Shown here: positions 1-8,927 of the stretch, piece after piece
How positions within the stretch are numbered: the first letter of the stretch is position 1
Layout: each line of letters begins with the position of its first letter
NCBI GenBank assembly: GCA_018824145.1
Contig: JAHJHC010000090.1
Span: 349 to 64,348, forward strand
Direction of reading: 5' to 3'
DNA length: 64,000 nt
DNA from: Candidatus Omnitrophota bacterium
GTDB lineage: Bacteria; Omnitrophota; Gorgyraeia; Gorgyraeales; Gorgyraeaceae
The notes under the pieces: generated by a model
What the model was told of the DNA's origin: nothing
Seen by the model: only the letters and a program-made list of their open reading frames with translations
Databases searched by the model: none
Position numbers and translations under genes: made by a program

Positions 1-162
1 GACTTTGGTAAATCCTTGGCATAAGTCGAATGCAATGAAAAGTGCCTGTCTATACAATAGAAATTCTTGCTCGCCACCCTATAATCCATTGCACCCTTAA
101 CTAAAAAAATGATGAAATACAAAAAAACCGTAAGCTTAATAAACCTAAAAACCATATATTAT

Positions 163-531
163 TTAAAGGAGTTGCTTAACAACCTTTGGCATAACGTCTT
201 TTTCAAGATGCTCCAGACTAAAAGGCTTGGTAATATAATCGATGGCGCCGTATTCCTTGGCCAGATCAATCACTACTTCTTCTTTGACTCCTGTCATCAT
301 AATAACCTTGGCATTGCTGCAGATATCTTTTATGCGCCTCAGGACTTCTATACCAGATATGCCGCCCATTTTTATATCCAAAAGTATTATATCCGGCTGT
401 TTTTCTTTTACAATAGCCAATGCATCCTCTCCGTCTTGGGCTGTAAAGACCTCGTATTGCCTCTTCTCAAAAAACAACCTAAGAAAATCACAGGTTGGAA
501 GATCGTCATCCACTATTAATAATTTAACCAT
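163..531 (-). CDS. CheY-like single-domain response regulator (receiver domain only)
   Basis: 122 aa. N-terminal LLIVDDD acidic pocket, phospho-acceptor Asp in DIILLDIKMGG, conserved Thr (MMTG) and Lys (ITKPF). No output domain. Confidence 0.85.
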   Translation of the reverse strand: MVKLLIVDDDLPTCDFLRLFFEKRQYEVFTAQDGEDALAIVKEKQPDIILLDIKMGGISGIEVLRRIKDICSNAKVIMMTGVKEEVVIDLAKEYGAIDYITKPFSLEHLEKDVMPKVVKQLL

Positions 532-552
532 ATAAGGCGTCCTCCCTCCCTT

Positions 553-1314
553 TTAATTTTCACCCAAATGACGTATTGTGCCAATAGAACGTGGAACTAA
601 AATATCCGCTTTACGCACTTCTTCCTTGTCAGAACTACGGTAATTCAAGTCCATTAACTCCAAAAATTCCACTGTATAGTCTCTTAAGACACCCTGGTAT
701 TCGATTATCTTTTCTTCCCGGGGCATTTGCAATATTACTTTCTTGCCTAAATGATTCTCTAATAGCGGCTCAAAAGAGGTATTTAACGCAGAAAATACTC
801 CGGTCTTCATTTGAGAGACATATTTATCCTGGCTGGATAAGACACTGCCCATACCAGACATCTGTTTTGCCCTTCCCATAAATAAATTCACGACCTCCAT
901 AACTGAATCCCTTACTGTGGCAAACAGATTCATTATCTTTCTTTTTGTACTCCTTAAAACTCTCTCATAGTACGCGCTATTTAAATAACGACTGCGTCTT
1001 TCGTTACTCTTATCATCCAACTGGTCGATATACCGCACGATACATTGAATATTAGGATATTCATTTTTATAAATAATAAAACTAGTCTCGATATGATTAT
1101 CCCCTTTATCCAAATAAGGCTCCTTGTATTTAAGCTCAAGACCGGTTGCCTCAAGTCTCAATACCCCCCAGATGACCTTGCCGTCTTTTAACTCTATATT
1201 TATCAAATCATCCACGAAATCCAGGAGACACTTATCACGCAGTCTGCCTTTTATAAAGGCGCCGATCAAAGTCGAGAGTACAATAAATATTATTGTTATT
1301 GTCAATGAATCCAT
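553..1314 (-). CDS. hypothetical membrane-anchored protein, cotranscribed immediately upstream of the response regulator
   Basis: 253 aa ORF with an N-terminal hydrophobic helix (ITIIFIVLSTLIGAFI). No recognisable catalytic motifs. Only a 21-nt gap to the next gene. Confidence 0.5.
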   Translation of the reverse strand: MDSLTITIIFIVLSTLIGAFIKGRLRDKCLLDFVDDLINIELKDGKVIWGVLRLEATGLELKYKEPYLDKGDNHIETSFIIYKNEYPNIQCIVRYIDQLDDKSNERRSRYLNSAYYERVLRSTKRKIMNLFATVRDSVMEVVNLFMGRAKQMSGMGSVLSSQDKYVSQMKTGVFSALNTSFEPLLENHLGKKVILQMPREEKIIEYQGVLRDYTVEFLELMDLNYRSSDKEEVRKADILVPRSIGTIRHLGEN

Positions 1315-1402
1315 TTGTCATACCCTGCTTTCAATATAACCCCCCTTAAACCTATGTATATAATATACCTTCATTATTATGCATATACAAGGTCAATTTT
1401 AC

Positions 1403-3145
1403 TTAATTGTAAATATTATATAGCTTATCAAAATGGACTAAAAAAGGGTCTTCCAATTTCTCAAATGTATTCATATATTCCACAAATTCACTTTCTATGG
1501 TCCTCAAATCCTTACCCACGGCATGTGTTAACCACTCCACATCTTCAGACTCCTCAGCAGTCTTCCCGATTAACTTATTCTGATAATCCATAAACTCCTT
1601 CGGGTATTTTTCCATTAAAAATGACGCAAATGCCCAGCTTTGCGCGTATAGATCGAGCATAGCCCTCGGATATACCCCAGGGAAACTGCCGATTTTATAT
1701 GCCATCAGAAATTCCAGGGGATATATCGGGCCTTTCCTCGACATCTCCTGGTACATAAAGAGCCAATTATAATTTTTTGCCCCTATTTCCATGGTTTCAC
1801 AATATGTTGCTATGCCTTCTGCAAGCCATGAATTACTAGCCTTCATGTCAAGCGGGATATCTTCGCCTTTTTGCATCACCAGTGTCCTTAATAGCTTGGC
1901 CTTTTTATTGTAATCTTTTGTCTCAAGAAATTCCTTCTTCTTTTTTACAAGCTCTTCATCAGGGCCTTCAAACCTTGAAAAACCTATACTCTGTAAACCC
2001 CAGTTATGAAAGACCTCGTGAGCAAATTCGTGTCTTAATGTAGATAATGTCGAATCCCTGAACATGCCTTTATAATAAGTATAGGCCTCCCAGAATTTAT
2101 CCTTAATCTTCTTTGCCTGGCCTTCAATAAAGATATGATATCTTTTGTCAACCTGGCCCTCGATCGTATCCACTATCTCGTCAATATCTCTCCCGCTCTC
2201 TCCGACCATGCCTTCGAACAAAATCTCTGAAAACTTATCTCCTAATACATTAAATAGATATAGCACCTTATCCTCCGGACTAAAATAACCCGCAACCATC
2301 CAGCCAGGGACACCGTCTGCTACGGCATACTCCACAAAATCACCATAGTCATCGAATATTACCACAAAATTCTGCAGCCCTGGTCTCCTATCTTTAAAAA
2401 GCGGAAAAAATTCAAGGTAAATATTCGTATAAGTCTCTCTTAAAACCTTTCTGCACTCCCTGACCCACGTAATATATGAATCAGTTATAATAGTAAAATT
2501 CCCGTCTTTATAAAACTCCATCTTCGGAAACAGTTCTTTAAGAGAGCTTTCTATCTCCTGGCTTGGTTTATTATCAACTGGTTTAAAAATAAGATATTCG
2601 ATCTCTGAACGCGCAACATCCTGCTCTATAGATCCTCCGCCTTCTACGGCATAGAGCAAGGTGAGTTTATCTTTAGTGACTCGATTAATCTTTGAGTCCA
2701 AAATAGCCCTATTTTTCATCCTTATCACTATATCATTCTCATAAGGCCAATACTGTGAAATCTCTTCATCTGAAAGAGATACCTTTTCTTTTAAGGCATC
2801 CTTGGCAGAAGTTATACGGTCCACCAGTTCAACATAAACAATAGTCTCCTCACCTTTCCATTTAATATGATACGCGTCTTCTGTCTTGCGTATCATTTTC
2901 CCTACCATTACACTCCCATCCTTAAAATGCACAGCTACCTGGTCATTGTTACCATGTTGCGTTTTATCATTCTTAGCAGAATGAAACGTATTCTGCATCT
3001 TACTTCTGGTGCTTTTACACAAGCCATCTAACTTATCAATAGCAGTAAAATGCCCCCTCAACGGCTCCATGTATTTAGACAAAACAACCCCAGCTGCTAT
3101 AAATATTCCCAGACTTATCAATATAAGTAATAACTTTTTCATCAT
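1403..3145 (-). CDS. secreted MA-clan (gluzincin-like) putative zinc metallopeptidase
   Basis: 580 aa. Signal peptide MMKKLLLILISLGIFIAAGVV. HEFAHEVFH (HExxH) followed about 70 aa later by WLAEGIATY, matching the Glu third-ligand motif of peptidase MA-like / DUF1570-type domains. Confidence 0.6.
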   Translation of the reverse strand: MMKKLLLILISLGIFIAAGVVLSKYMEPLRGHFTAIDKLDGLCKSTRSKMQNTFHSAKNDKTQHGNNDQVAVHFKDGSVMVGKMIRKTEDAYHIKWKGEETIVYVELVDRITSAKDALKEKVSLSDEEISQYWPYENDIVIRMKNRAILDSKINRVTKDKLTLLYAVEGGGSIEQDVARSEIEYLIFKPVDNKPSQEIESSLKELFPKMEFYKDGNFTIITDSYITWVRECRKVLRETYTNIYLEFFPLFKDRRPGLQNFVVIFDDYGDFVEYAVADGVPGWMVAGYFSPEDKVLYLFNVLGDKFSEILFEGMVGESGRDIDEIVDTIEGQVDKRYHIFIEGQAKKIKDKFWEAYTYYKGMFRDSTLSTLRHEFAHEVFHNWGLQSIGFSRFEGPDEELVKKKKEFLETKDYNKKAKLLRTLVMQKGEDIPLDMKASNSWLAEGIATYCETMEIGAKNYNWLFMYQEMSRKGPIYPLEFLMAYKIGSFPGVYPRAMLDLYAQSWAFASFLMEKYPKEFMDYQNKLIGKTAEESEDVEWLTHAVGKDLRTIESEFVEYMNTFEKLEDPFLVHFDKLYNIYN

Positions 3146-3224
3146 TGTTTAAGTATACACGAATATTATAAAAAATCAAAACATAAACAACATAACAACG
3201 TACAACAACATATAAACGTAAAAC

Positions 3225-3900
3225 GTATGTCATATCTAGATATGATGCTACGCAACCAATTACAATTCAATGTATTGTGTTAATTGCTTATGTTTTTCTA
3301 ACTTTTTATGAAAGAAAAACCCCTATCTCTGTGTCTTATATACTAGGAGGTGAGGAAATCATGAGCAATATTAGACGTTATAAACAAGATGGATATGTGT
3401 ATTTTGTAACAACGAATACTTATTCACGGAGAGAAATATTTAGGGAACAATGGGCATGTGAATTTTTAAGGTCGATTATTGCATATTATAAATTTATATT
3501 TAAATTTAAGTTGTACAGTTACTGTATAATGCCAGAGCATGTTCATATGATAATTCAAACACTTTCTAAACAATATGACATTTCAACTATAATGAAGGAA
3601 ATCAAAGGTACTTTTGGAAGGGAATTTAATATATTAATACGCAAGAAAGGTAATATCTGGCAAAGAAAGTTTTATGATTCCGTTATAAGAAACAATCGAG
3701 ATCTTATCGTAAAAATTAACTATATATTTGAAAACCCCGCAAGAAAAAACATAGTAAAAAATCCGACACAATATGAATTCTCAAGCGCAAGAAGTTATCT
3801 CTTAGGACAAAATGATTATATTACAGATATTTATAATTAACCGATTAACAGAACTATATATAGTTATAGATGTTACGTACCAACATATCTAGATATGCCT
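3225..3900 (+). mobile_element. IS200/IS605-family or RAYT-type element: Y1 transposase gene bounded by identical 14-bp palindromes catatctagatatg
   Basis: Perfect palindrome catatctagatatg at about 3231-3244 and again at about 3884-3897, each preceded by acgta. About 670 bp span, typical of IS200. It carries the only plus-strand gene in the window. Confidence 0.6.
3361..3840 (+). CDS. tnpA: IS200-like / REP-associated tyrosine (Y1 HUH) transposase
   Basis: 159 aa from ATG 3361 with RBS GGAGGTGAGG 8 nt upstream. HUH motif in MPEHVHMII. C-terminal W-x-R-x-F-Y-D...NP region (IWQRKFYDSVIRNN...YIFENPARKN) typical of IS200/RAYT Y1 transposases. Confidence 0.8.
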   Translation: MSNIRRYKQDGYVYFVTTNTYSRREIFREQWACEFLRSIIAYYKFIFKFKLYSYCIMPEHVHMIIQTLSKQYDISTIMKEIKGTFGREFNILIRKKGNIWQRKFYDSVIRNNRDLIVKINYIFENPARKNIVKNPTQYEFSSARSYLLGQNDYITDIYN

Positions 3901-3943
3901 TACTATTTACTATTACTATTTCCAAATGGTGGTTTTCTTCAGT

Positions 3944-6298
3944 CTATTTTAAAATCCCTGAAGCGTCAATTCTCTCTTCTCTACTGTACGGCCGATTGTC
4001 GACACACGGAGGCAAATTATTTCCTTCTTTAAATGCCAATTTGCGTTTGAATTTTATTATCTCTACTATTTCAGGATCAAAGACATGGCGTCTTATCTTA
4101 TTCTCTGCGAAAGAGAGCGGTTCCTGCTTCTGGTCAGCATCACTTTTACTTGCCTCCTGAACTTCCCCGTCATCTATTTCCTTATCGGATTCCTCATTTA
4201 ATTCCTCCTGGTTTTCTGTTGTGTCAGGAGATTTTATATCTTCATTATCAACTTCTTCCTTGTTTGTCTCTTTGACTAGTTCTGGATCAGCATTTTCATC
4301 TTCTTCAGCTTCTTCTTTCCCGCTAGTCTCCTCTACATCTTCATCTTCTTCAACTGTTTCCTCGCTCCGGACAGGCTCAGGTTCAATAAATGTATTGACC
4401 TGGGTTCCAGGTAATTCTGCCTCAGCAACCTCCACAGCCTCCTGTACGTCGATAATCCCGTTACCCAATAATCCCTCATATCCAATCACTGGATCAGCTG
4501 TCTGCATTATAATACTAGTAACCTCAGCAATTGAAAGGTCTGGGTTTACTGAAAGGAGTCGCGCTACTAAACCAGCTACCATAGGAGCAGCCATAGAAGT
4601 CCCGCTTTGTGCAGTATAACTGCCATTGAGATACGTACTGTAAATATTAACTCCAGGCGCACAGATATCTACCCAGGAACCATAAGTAGAAAAGTTTGCC
4701 TTTTGATAATAACTATCTAAGGCAGCCACAGAAATAACATCTTCATACGTGGCTGGGTATACTAAATCTTGAGTATTGTAGTTACCTGCTGCAGCTACAA
4801 CTACTACACCATGCTCAACTGCATACTGTACGGCATCTCTTACTACTTGAGAAGATTCCAGCGAACCAAAACTCATATTCAATACCTGTGCTCCGTTATC
4901 CACGGCATAGATAATGGCCTCAGCTATATCAAAGGTTTCTAAACTCGGTCCTACACCAGCTCGGACAGCCATAATCTCAACATTACCTCCTACAGTAAGA
5001 CTTATGCCTGCTACATGAGTACCGTGGCCATAGGTATCCTCAGGAATATTATCATCGCTAGCAAAATCCCATCCCATATAGTCATCTATGTAACCGTTCC
5101 CGTCATCATCTATCCCATTCCCAGGGATCTCGCCAGTATTAGTCCATAAATAAGGAGAAAGATCCGGATGATCGAGATCTAAACCTGTATCTATAATAGC
5201 AATAACGATATTGTTATTACCCTGCGATAAATTTGATGCATTAATCATATTCAAATAGTTTCCAGGTGTCAATATTGGGTCAATAATAGGTGGCACAATA
5301 GGAACAGGTGGTACTATTGGAACTGGGGGTAATATCGGTGGAGGCGGTGGCAGCGTAGGTGGCAATGTTGGTGGTAACGGTGGTAGTGGCGGCAACACTG
5401 GTGGCAGCGGCGGTAATGCTGGCGGCAATGGCAGCAGCGGCAAAGTCAATTGCGGCGGCAACGGCGGTAATGTCGGTATTGGCGAAGGTAAAAGCGGGAG
5501 AGGAGTCACAGGCGCCGGAGGTGGAATATAATAAGATGGTGGCGGCAATCTAGGGATTGAAGGAATTATAGGTATAGACGGTATAATAGGTAAATAAGGA
5601 TTGAAAAAGACATCCATGTATTCCGGCTCTACAGGATTTTGGTCAAGACTATTGATATTAATAGGGGTCTGATTTAATCTCTCTTTTTTCTCTATCTCTG
5701 GCTCTATTATATTACTTGTTGATAAAACTACTTGAGGGTCTTCCTCTATTGGCTCGTCAGAAGCATTTATAGATTCATTCCTTCTTGCAGTACTATGCAA
5801 TCTAAGAGATAAGCGCCACTTCAATAATGGTTCCCAAATCCATGATGATTCCATCCAGTCTGATATAAAACTTGAACTAATATCCCTTAACCAAATCCAA
5901 TGGCCATCCAAAAAAATCCTTTGGCTTTTCACTTCATTAACAGAATAAATATAATTCGGTTCTGCAAAGACAACTCTCCCGTCCTTTAAGAGAAGCTCCG
6001 CGCCCTCTAATACATCGACTGAAGGAGGAATTTCCACCTTGTAAATAGACATGCGTTCAACTACATGTAATATTTTACAATCTTTACTAGCAATAAATAA
6101 GTCTATCTCTTCTCTTGAAAGGTCTGCACGGAATTTTACAAGCAATTGTCCAGGGACCCACTCAGGGCTTTCATTTACATTATTGGTTATAGATATATTA
6201 TTAGATGCGAAAGAATAATTTACTACTGTTAGGTTAATCATAAAACAAACTAAGATTATTGAGATAGCCCGTGAATAAATTGAATGCTGTTTAAACAT
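3944..6298 (-). CDS. secreted subtilisin-like serine protease (peptidase S8) with I9 propeptide, long Pro-rich linker and acidic C-terminal tail
   Basis: 784 aa. Signal peptide. I9-like propeptide (LLVKFRADLSREEIDL...). Catalytic triad motifs IDTGLDLDHPDL, HGTHVAGI, GTSMAAPMVAG. PxxP/LPPLPP-rich segment of about 110 aa. EED-rich 120-aa tail. Confidence 0.9.
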   Translation of the reverse strand: MFKQHSIYSRAISIILVCFMINLTVVNYSFASNNISITNNVNESPEWVPGQLLVKFRADLSREEIDLFIASKDCKILHVVERMSIYKVEIPPSVDVLEGAELLLKDGRVVFAEPNYIYSVNEVKSQRIFLDGHWIWLRDISSSFISDWMESSWIWEPLLKWRLSLRLHSTARRNESINASDEPIEEDPQVVLSTSNIIEPEIEKKERLNQTPININSLDQNPVEPEYMDVFFNPYLPIIPSIPIIPSIPRLPPPSYYIPPPAPVTPLPLLPSPIPTLPPLPPQLTLPLLPLPPALPPLPPVLPPLPPLPPTLPPTLPPPPPILPPVPIVPPVPIVPPIIDPILTPGNYLNMINASNLSQGNNNIVIAIIDTGLDLDHPDLSPYLWTNTGEIPGNGIDDDGNGYIDDYMGWDFASDDNIPEDTYGHGTHVAGISLTVGGNVEIMAVRAGVGPSLETFDIAEAIIYAVDNGAQVLNMSFGSLESSQVVRDAVQYAVEHGVVVVAAAGNYNTQDLVYPATYEDVISVAALDSYYQKANFSTYGSWVDICAPGVNIYSTYLNGSYTAQSGTSMAAPMVAGLVARLLSVNPDLSIAEVTSIIMQTADPVIGYEGLLGNGIIDVQEAVEVAEAELPGTQVNTFIEPEPVRSEETVEEDEDVEETSGKEEAEEDENADPELVKETNKEEVDNEDIKSPDTTENQEELNEESDKEIDDGEVQEASKSDADQKQEPLSFAENKIRRHVFDPEIVEIIKFKRKLAFKEGNNLPPCVDNRPYSREERIDASGILK

Positions 6299-6474
6299 GG
6301 CCTTACCCTCCCATTATTATTACAGCTTCAGAACCAAACTTCAGCAACACTTAAGTAAATATTTTTAAATCTCTATATTAAGTATAACATAAATATATAT
6401 GCTATGCAAGCATTTTTAATTAATCATGTAATGGGTGAATTTAAAGGTGATTTTGTTATTCCCGTGGAACTTGT

Positions 6475-6490
6475 CCCCGCGAAAGCGGGG
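6475..6490 (-). terminator. GC stem-loop ccccgc-gaaa-gcgggg downstream of the membrane-protein/GT2 operon (no clear U-tract)
   Basis: Perfect 6-bp GC stem with GAAA tetraloop, 15 nt after the stop of the 6505-6840 gene. No T-run follows, so terminator function is uncertain. Confidence 0.3.
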
Positions 6491-6504
6491 ATGGCAGACT
6501 TTCC

Positions 6505-6840
6505 TTAACCGTCTCTTACAATGAGGTAGTATAAAAATATAACTGAAACAACAAAAATAACACCTATTCTCACGAGCAAAGGATCAAAAGTCCCGCCGAC
6601 TCCGGCAATGGCCTTTTCTATAAAACCTTCCAATTTGGTACTAGCTAATAGAATCGCGCCTATTATTAAACAAAAAGAGAACGCCTTTTTGGTCTGCCAA
6701 AACCTTAACAATATGAAAAATAAGATAAGTAGCCCTACCCAGAATAACGGGTTAAGGAAAGAAAATTGAAAATCTCTTAGGTCTTTAAGGTACGGTATGC
6801 AACTAGCTTTTAATGCGTCAAAATCTATATTTAGATTCAT
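6505..6840 (-). CDS. small integral membrane protein (3 predicted TM helices)
   Basis: 111 aa. Hydrophobic segments WVGLLILFFILL, FCLIIGAILLAS, IGVIFVVSVIFLYYLIV. Start overlaps the GT2 stop (ATGA). Confidence 0.55.
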   Translation of the reverse strand: MNLNIDFDALKASCIPYLKDLRDFQFSFLNPLFWVGLLILFFILLRFWQTKKAFSFCLIIGAILLASTKLEGFIEKAIAGVGGTFDPLLVRIGVIFVVSVIFLYYLIVRDG

Positions 6841-7670
6841 CTCAACACTCCTTTGTAAACTTCTTCAGGTAATTGAAGGTAATATCTCGCTTCTTCTATT
6901 TTACCATACTTTATACAGCCATTTCCATATATGTTACATTTTTTCTCTAATTCCTGAATAGCGGAATTCATTTGCTCCTCATCAAGTCCGCCGGACTTGA
7001 TGATTTTTAGGATCGAATGTATCCTGAATTTATCCATGCCTTGTCTATAAATAAATGAGGCCTGGTCTATTCTTCCCCCATCTTTTAAAGTGAGCCCCTT
7101 ATCTATAAGGAGAAACGGATACTTATGACTTACCCTCAACCAAAAATCATAATCCTCACAGCACCTAAGGCCTTCGTCAAATAGCCCTACTTCATCAAAA
7201 AGCCCCCTGCGAATCATTACTGTAGACATGCTAACAACGCATAGCGGCAAGCAATTATCAAAAATATATCCGTGGAATTTTCTATGCCTGTGTTTTTGAT
7301 TCAATAGTTTTCCGTTTTTATACCATATTTCTTGAGTATGTGAAACAAGATAAGAAGGGTTCTTTTGCATCCTATCTATCTGCAGCGCTAATTTTTCCCT
7401 GTCCCACCAGTCATCTGAATCAAGAAATGCCACAAATTCTCCGCCAGAGGAGCGTATGCCAAGATTACGCGCTGCTGAAGGCCCTTTATTGGACTGCTTT
7501 ATGTATGTCAAGCGGCCTGTAAAATCAGCCACTAGACGGGCCGTATCATCCCATGAACCGTCGTCAATAACGATTAGCTCAAAGTCCTGGTATGTCTGGC
7601 TGAAGACAGATTCTATTGCCTTTTTTAATAGTCCCGCACGATTAAAGGTTGGGATGATTACGCTGATCAT
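6837..7670 (-). CDS. family 2 glycosyltransferase
   Basis: 277 aa. N-terminal VIIPTFNRAGLLKKAIESVFSQTYQDFELIVIDDGS with DxD-type motif (LDSDD). Confidence 0.85.
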   Translation of the reverse strand: MISVIIPTFNRAGLLKKAIESVFSQTYQDFELIVIDDGSWDDTARLVADFTGRLTYIKQSNKGPSAARNLGIRSSGGEFVAFLDSDDWWDREKLALQIDRMQKNPSYLVSHTQEIWYKNGKLLNQKHRHRKFHGYIFDNCLPLCVVSMSTVMIRRGLFDEVGLFDEGLRCCEDYDFWLRVSHKYPFLLIDKGLTLKDGGRIDQASFIYRQGMDKFRIHSILKIIKSGGLDEEQMNSAIQELEKKCNIYGNGCIKYGKIEEARYYLQLPEEVYKGVLR

Positions 7671-7903
7671 TTGTACTTTTCTATAAGTGCGTATACGGTT
7701 TTCCAGGCGCGGCTATTTGATATCCTTTTAGGGATATTTTTTATATAACGGAGAAATCTGTCCCAGTGAAATTCATGTTCGTAAACCGTGTAATCAAAAC
7801 CTCTTCTCACCTCTTCTTTTTTAGGGCTCTCCCACGTGCCACTCTTAAATAAGACAAATAAAAACAAGAAGAACAAAAAGAGTGCGATAAACAGTTTTTT
7901 CAT
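7667..7903 (-). CDS. small hypothetical protein with N-terminal signal/anchor
   Basis: 78 aa. MKKLFIALFLFFLFLFVLF hydrophobic N-terminus. Overlaps the GT2 start by 4 nt. Confidence 0.45.
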   Translation of the reverse strand: MKKLFIALFLFFLFLFVLFKSGTWESPKKEEVRRGFDYTVYEHEFHWDRFLRYIKNIPKRISNSRAWKTVYALIEKYK

Positions 7904-8011
7904 ATCTTTTTCCCCTTTTTCAATACGTCTCCATGTATTTTCTTTTTCTCACGCAACAACCTGGATATATTCTTCTGTCTGCGAGTAATTTTCTGCTTCA
8001 TCTTTTCCTCA

Positions 8012-8485
8012 TTATTCTATCCTGATATTGCCTGTGCTTCCAAGTATCGAAATGGTCTTGGCATTGCCTTGCCTGTCAGTTATCGTGACTGAGCCTGAAG
8101 CGCCTTCTATTGCACCGGTTGAATAGAATATAACTCTATCATCCTCAAAAGTTATTGGATCGGATTCTTTTTCATCCTGAATTTCAAACTTTATTGAACT
8201 CGGCAAATCGCGTTTCCTTTCAAAAACCTTTCCCTCAGAATCCTCTATCCAATACTGGCTGTTCTCTACATCAAAAACAACAGAATATTTTTTTCTATAT
8301 GTAATGGCATTGCTCTTCGCGACACGTAACGACGCCAGTATGGCCCTGGAAGCAGTCTTTATCCGAAGCCCTTTGCCGAATTGCGAAGTGAACGGCACAG
8401 AAATCCCAAGGAGCATCGCTATAATAGCCAACACCACCAGCATTTCGACGAGGGTAAAACCAGCCCTACCAATTATTGACATCAT
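8012..8485 (-). CDS. minor pseudopilin (GspH/FimT-like) with prepilin-type N-terminal cleavage/methylation domain
   Basis: Start chosen at MMSIIGRAGFTLVEMLVVLAIIAML (G-F-T-L-V-E prepilin motif). About 157 aa. Overlaps the upstream pseudopilin gene by about 20 nt. Confidence 0.7.
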   Translation of the reverse strand: MMSIIGRAGFTLVEMLVVLAIIAMLLGISVPFTSQFGKGLRIKTASRAILASLRVAKSNAITYRKKYSVVFDVENSQYWIEDSEGKVFERKRDLPSSIKFEIQDEKESDPITFEDDRVIFYSTGAIEGASGSVTITDRQGNAKTISILGSTGNIRIE

Positions 8486-8900
8486 CTTTTTCACTTCCGT
8501 CGCCTTTCCCGTTAGGGCCCAATGAATACAAGTCATAAAAATATTCGTTATGCATTCCCGGATTTACGTAAACAAAGGCATTACCCCACGCGTCAACATA
8601 CTCACCATTCTCATTAAGTTCTTTTTCTTTAATATTCATATAAGGCCCGTTCCAATCAAGGTCACCTGGATCATTCTTTAATGCACTGACCAGATTCTTA
8701 CTGCCAGACTGTGGGAATACACCCAAATCTGATTCATACATACTTATTGCTGTTTCAATCGTAGCTAGCTGGGCCTTTGTTTTTGTAACCGCACCCCGTT
8801 TCCTTGCCTGCTGGGCACCGCTCACTACCATCCCTGCTAATATCGTGATAATAGCAATGACGACTAAGAGTTCAATGAGTGTGAAACCGTTTTTCTTCAT
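8466..8900 (-). CDS. gspG: GspG-like major pseudopilin / type IV pilin-like protein
   Basis: 144 aa. MKKNGFTLIELLVVIAIITILAG prepilin leader plus N-methylation motif. TIETAISMYESDLGVFP and C-terminal DAWGNAFVY...YDLYSLGPNGKGDG match GspG signatures. Confidence 0.85.
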   Translation of the reverse strand: MKKNGFTLIELLVVIAIITILAGMVVSGAQQARKRGAVTKTKAQLATIETAISMYESDLGVFPQSGSKNLVSALKNDPGDLDWNGPYMNIKEKELNENGEYVDAWGNAFVYVNPGMHNEYFYDLYSLGPNGKGDGSEKDDVNNW

Positions 8901-8927
8901 GTATACACCTCGTTTTAGCTTAAGCTA

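Noticed and set aside
4221-4619. 132-aa Ser-rich + strand ORF
   Set aside because: Lies antisense to the acidic C-terminal tail of the S8 protease gene. It is low-complexity and has no RBS or start context. It is an artefact of the complementary GAA/GAT-rich repeats.
5359-5553. 64-aa Ala/Val-rich + strand ORF
   Set aside because: Antisense to the GC-rich proline-repeat region of the S8 protease. Its composition is driven entirely by the repeat.
8486-8536. Upstream extension of the minor pseudopilin ORF (MTCIHWALTGKATEVKK)
   Set aside because: Prepilin leader peptides are short and basic and directly precede G-F-T-L-V-E. The extension overlaps gspG out of frame.
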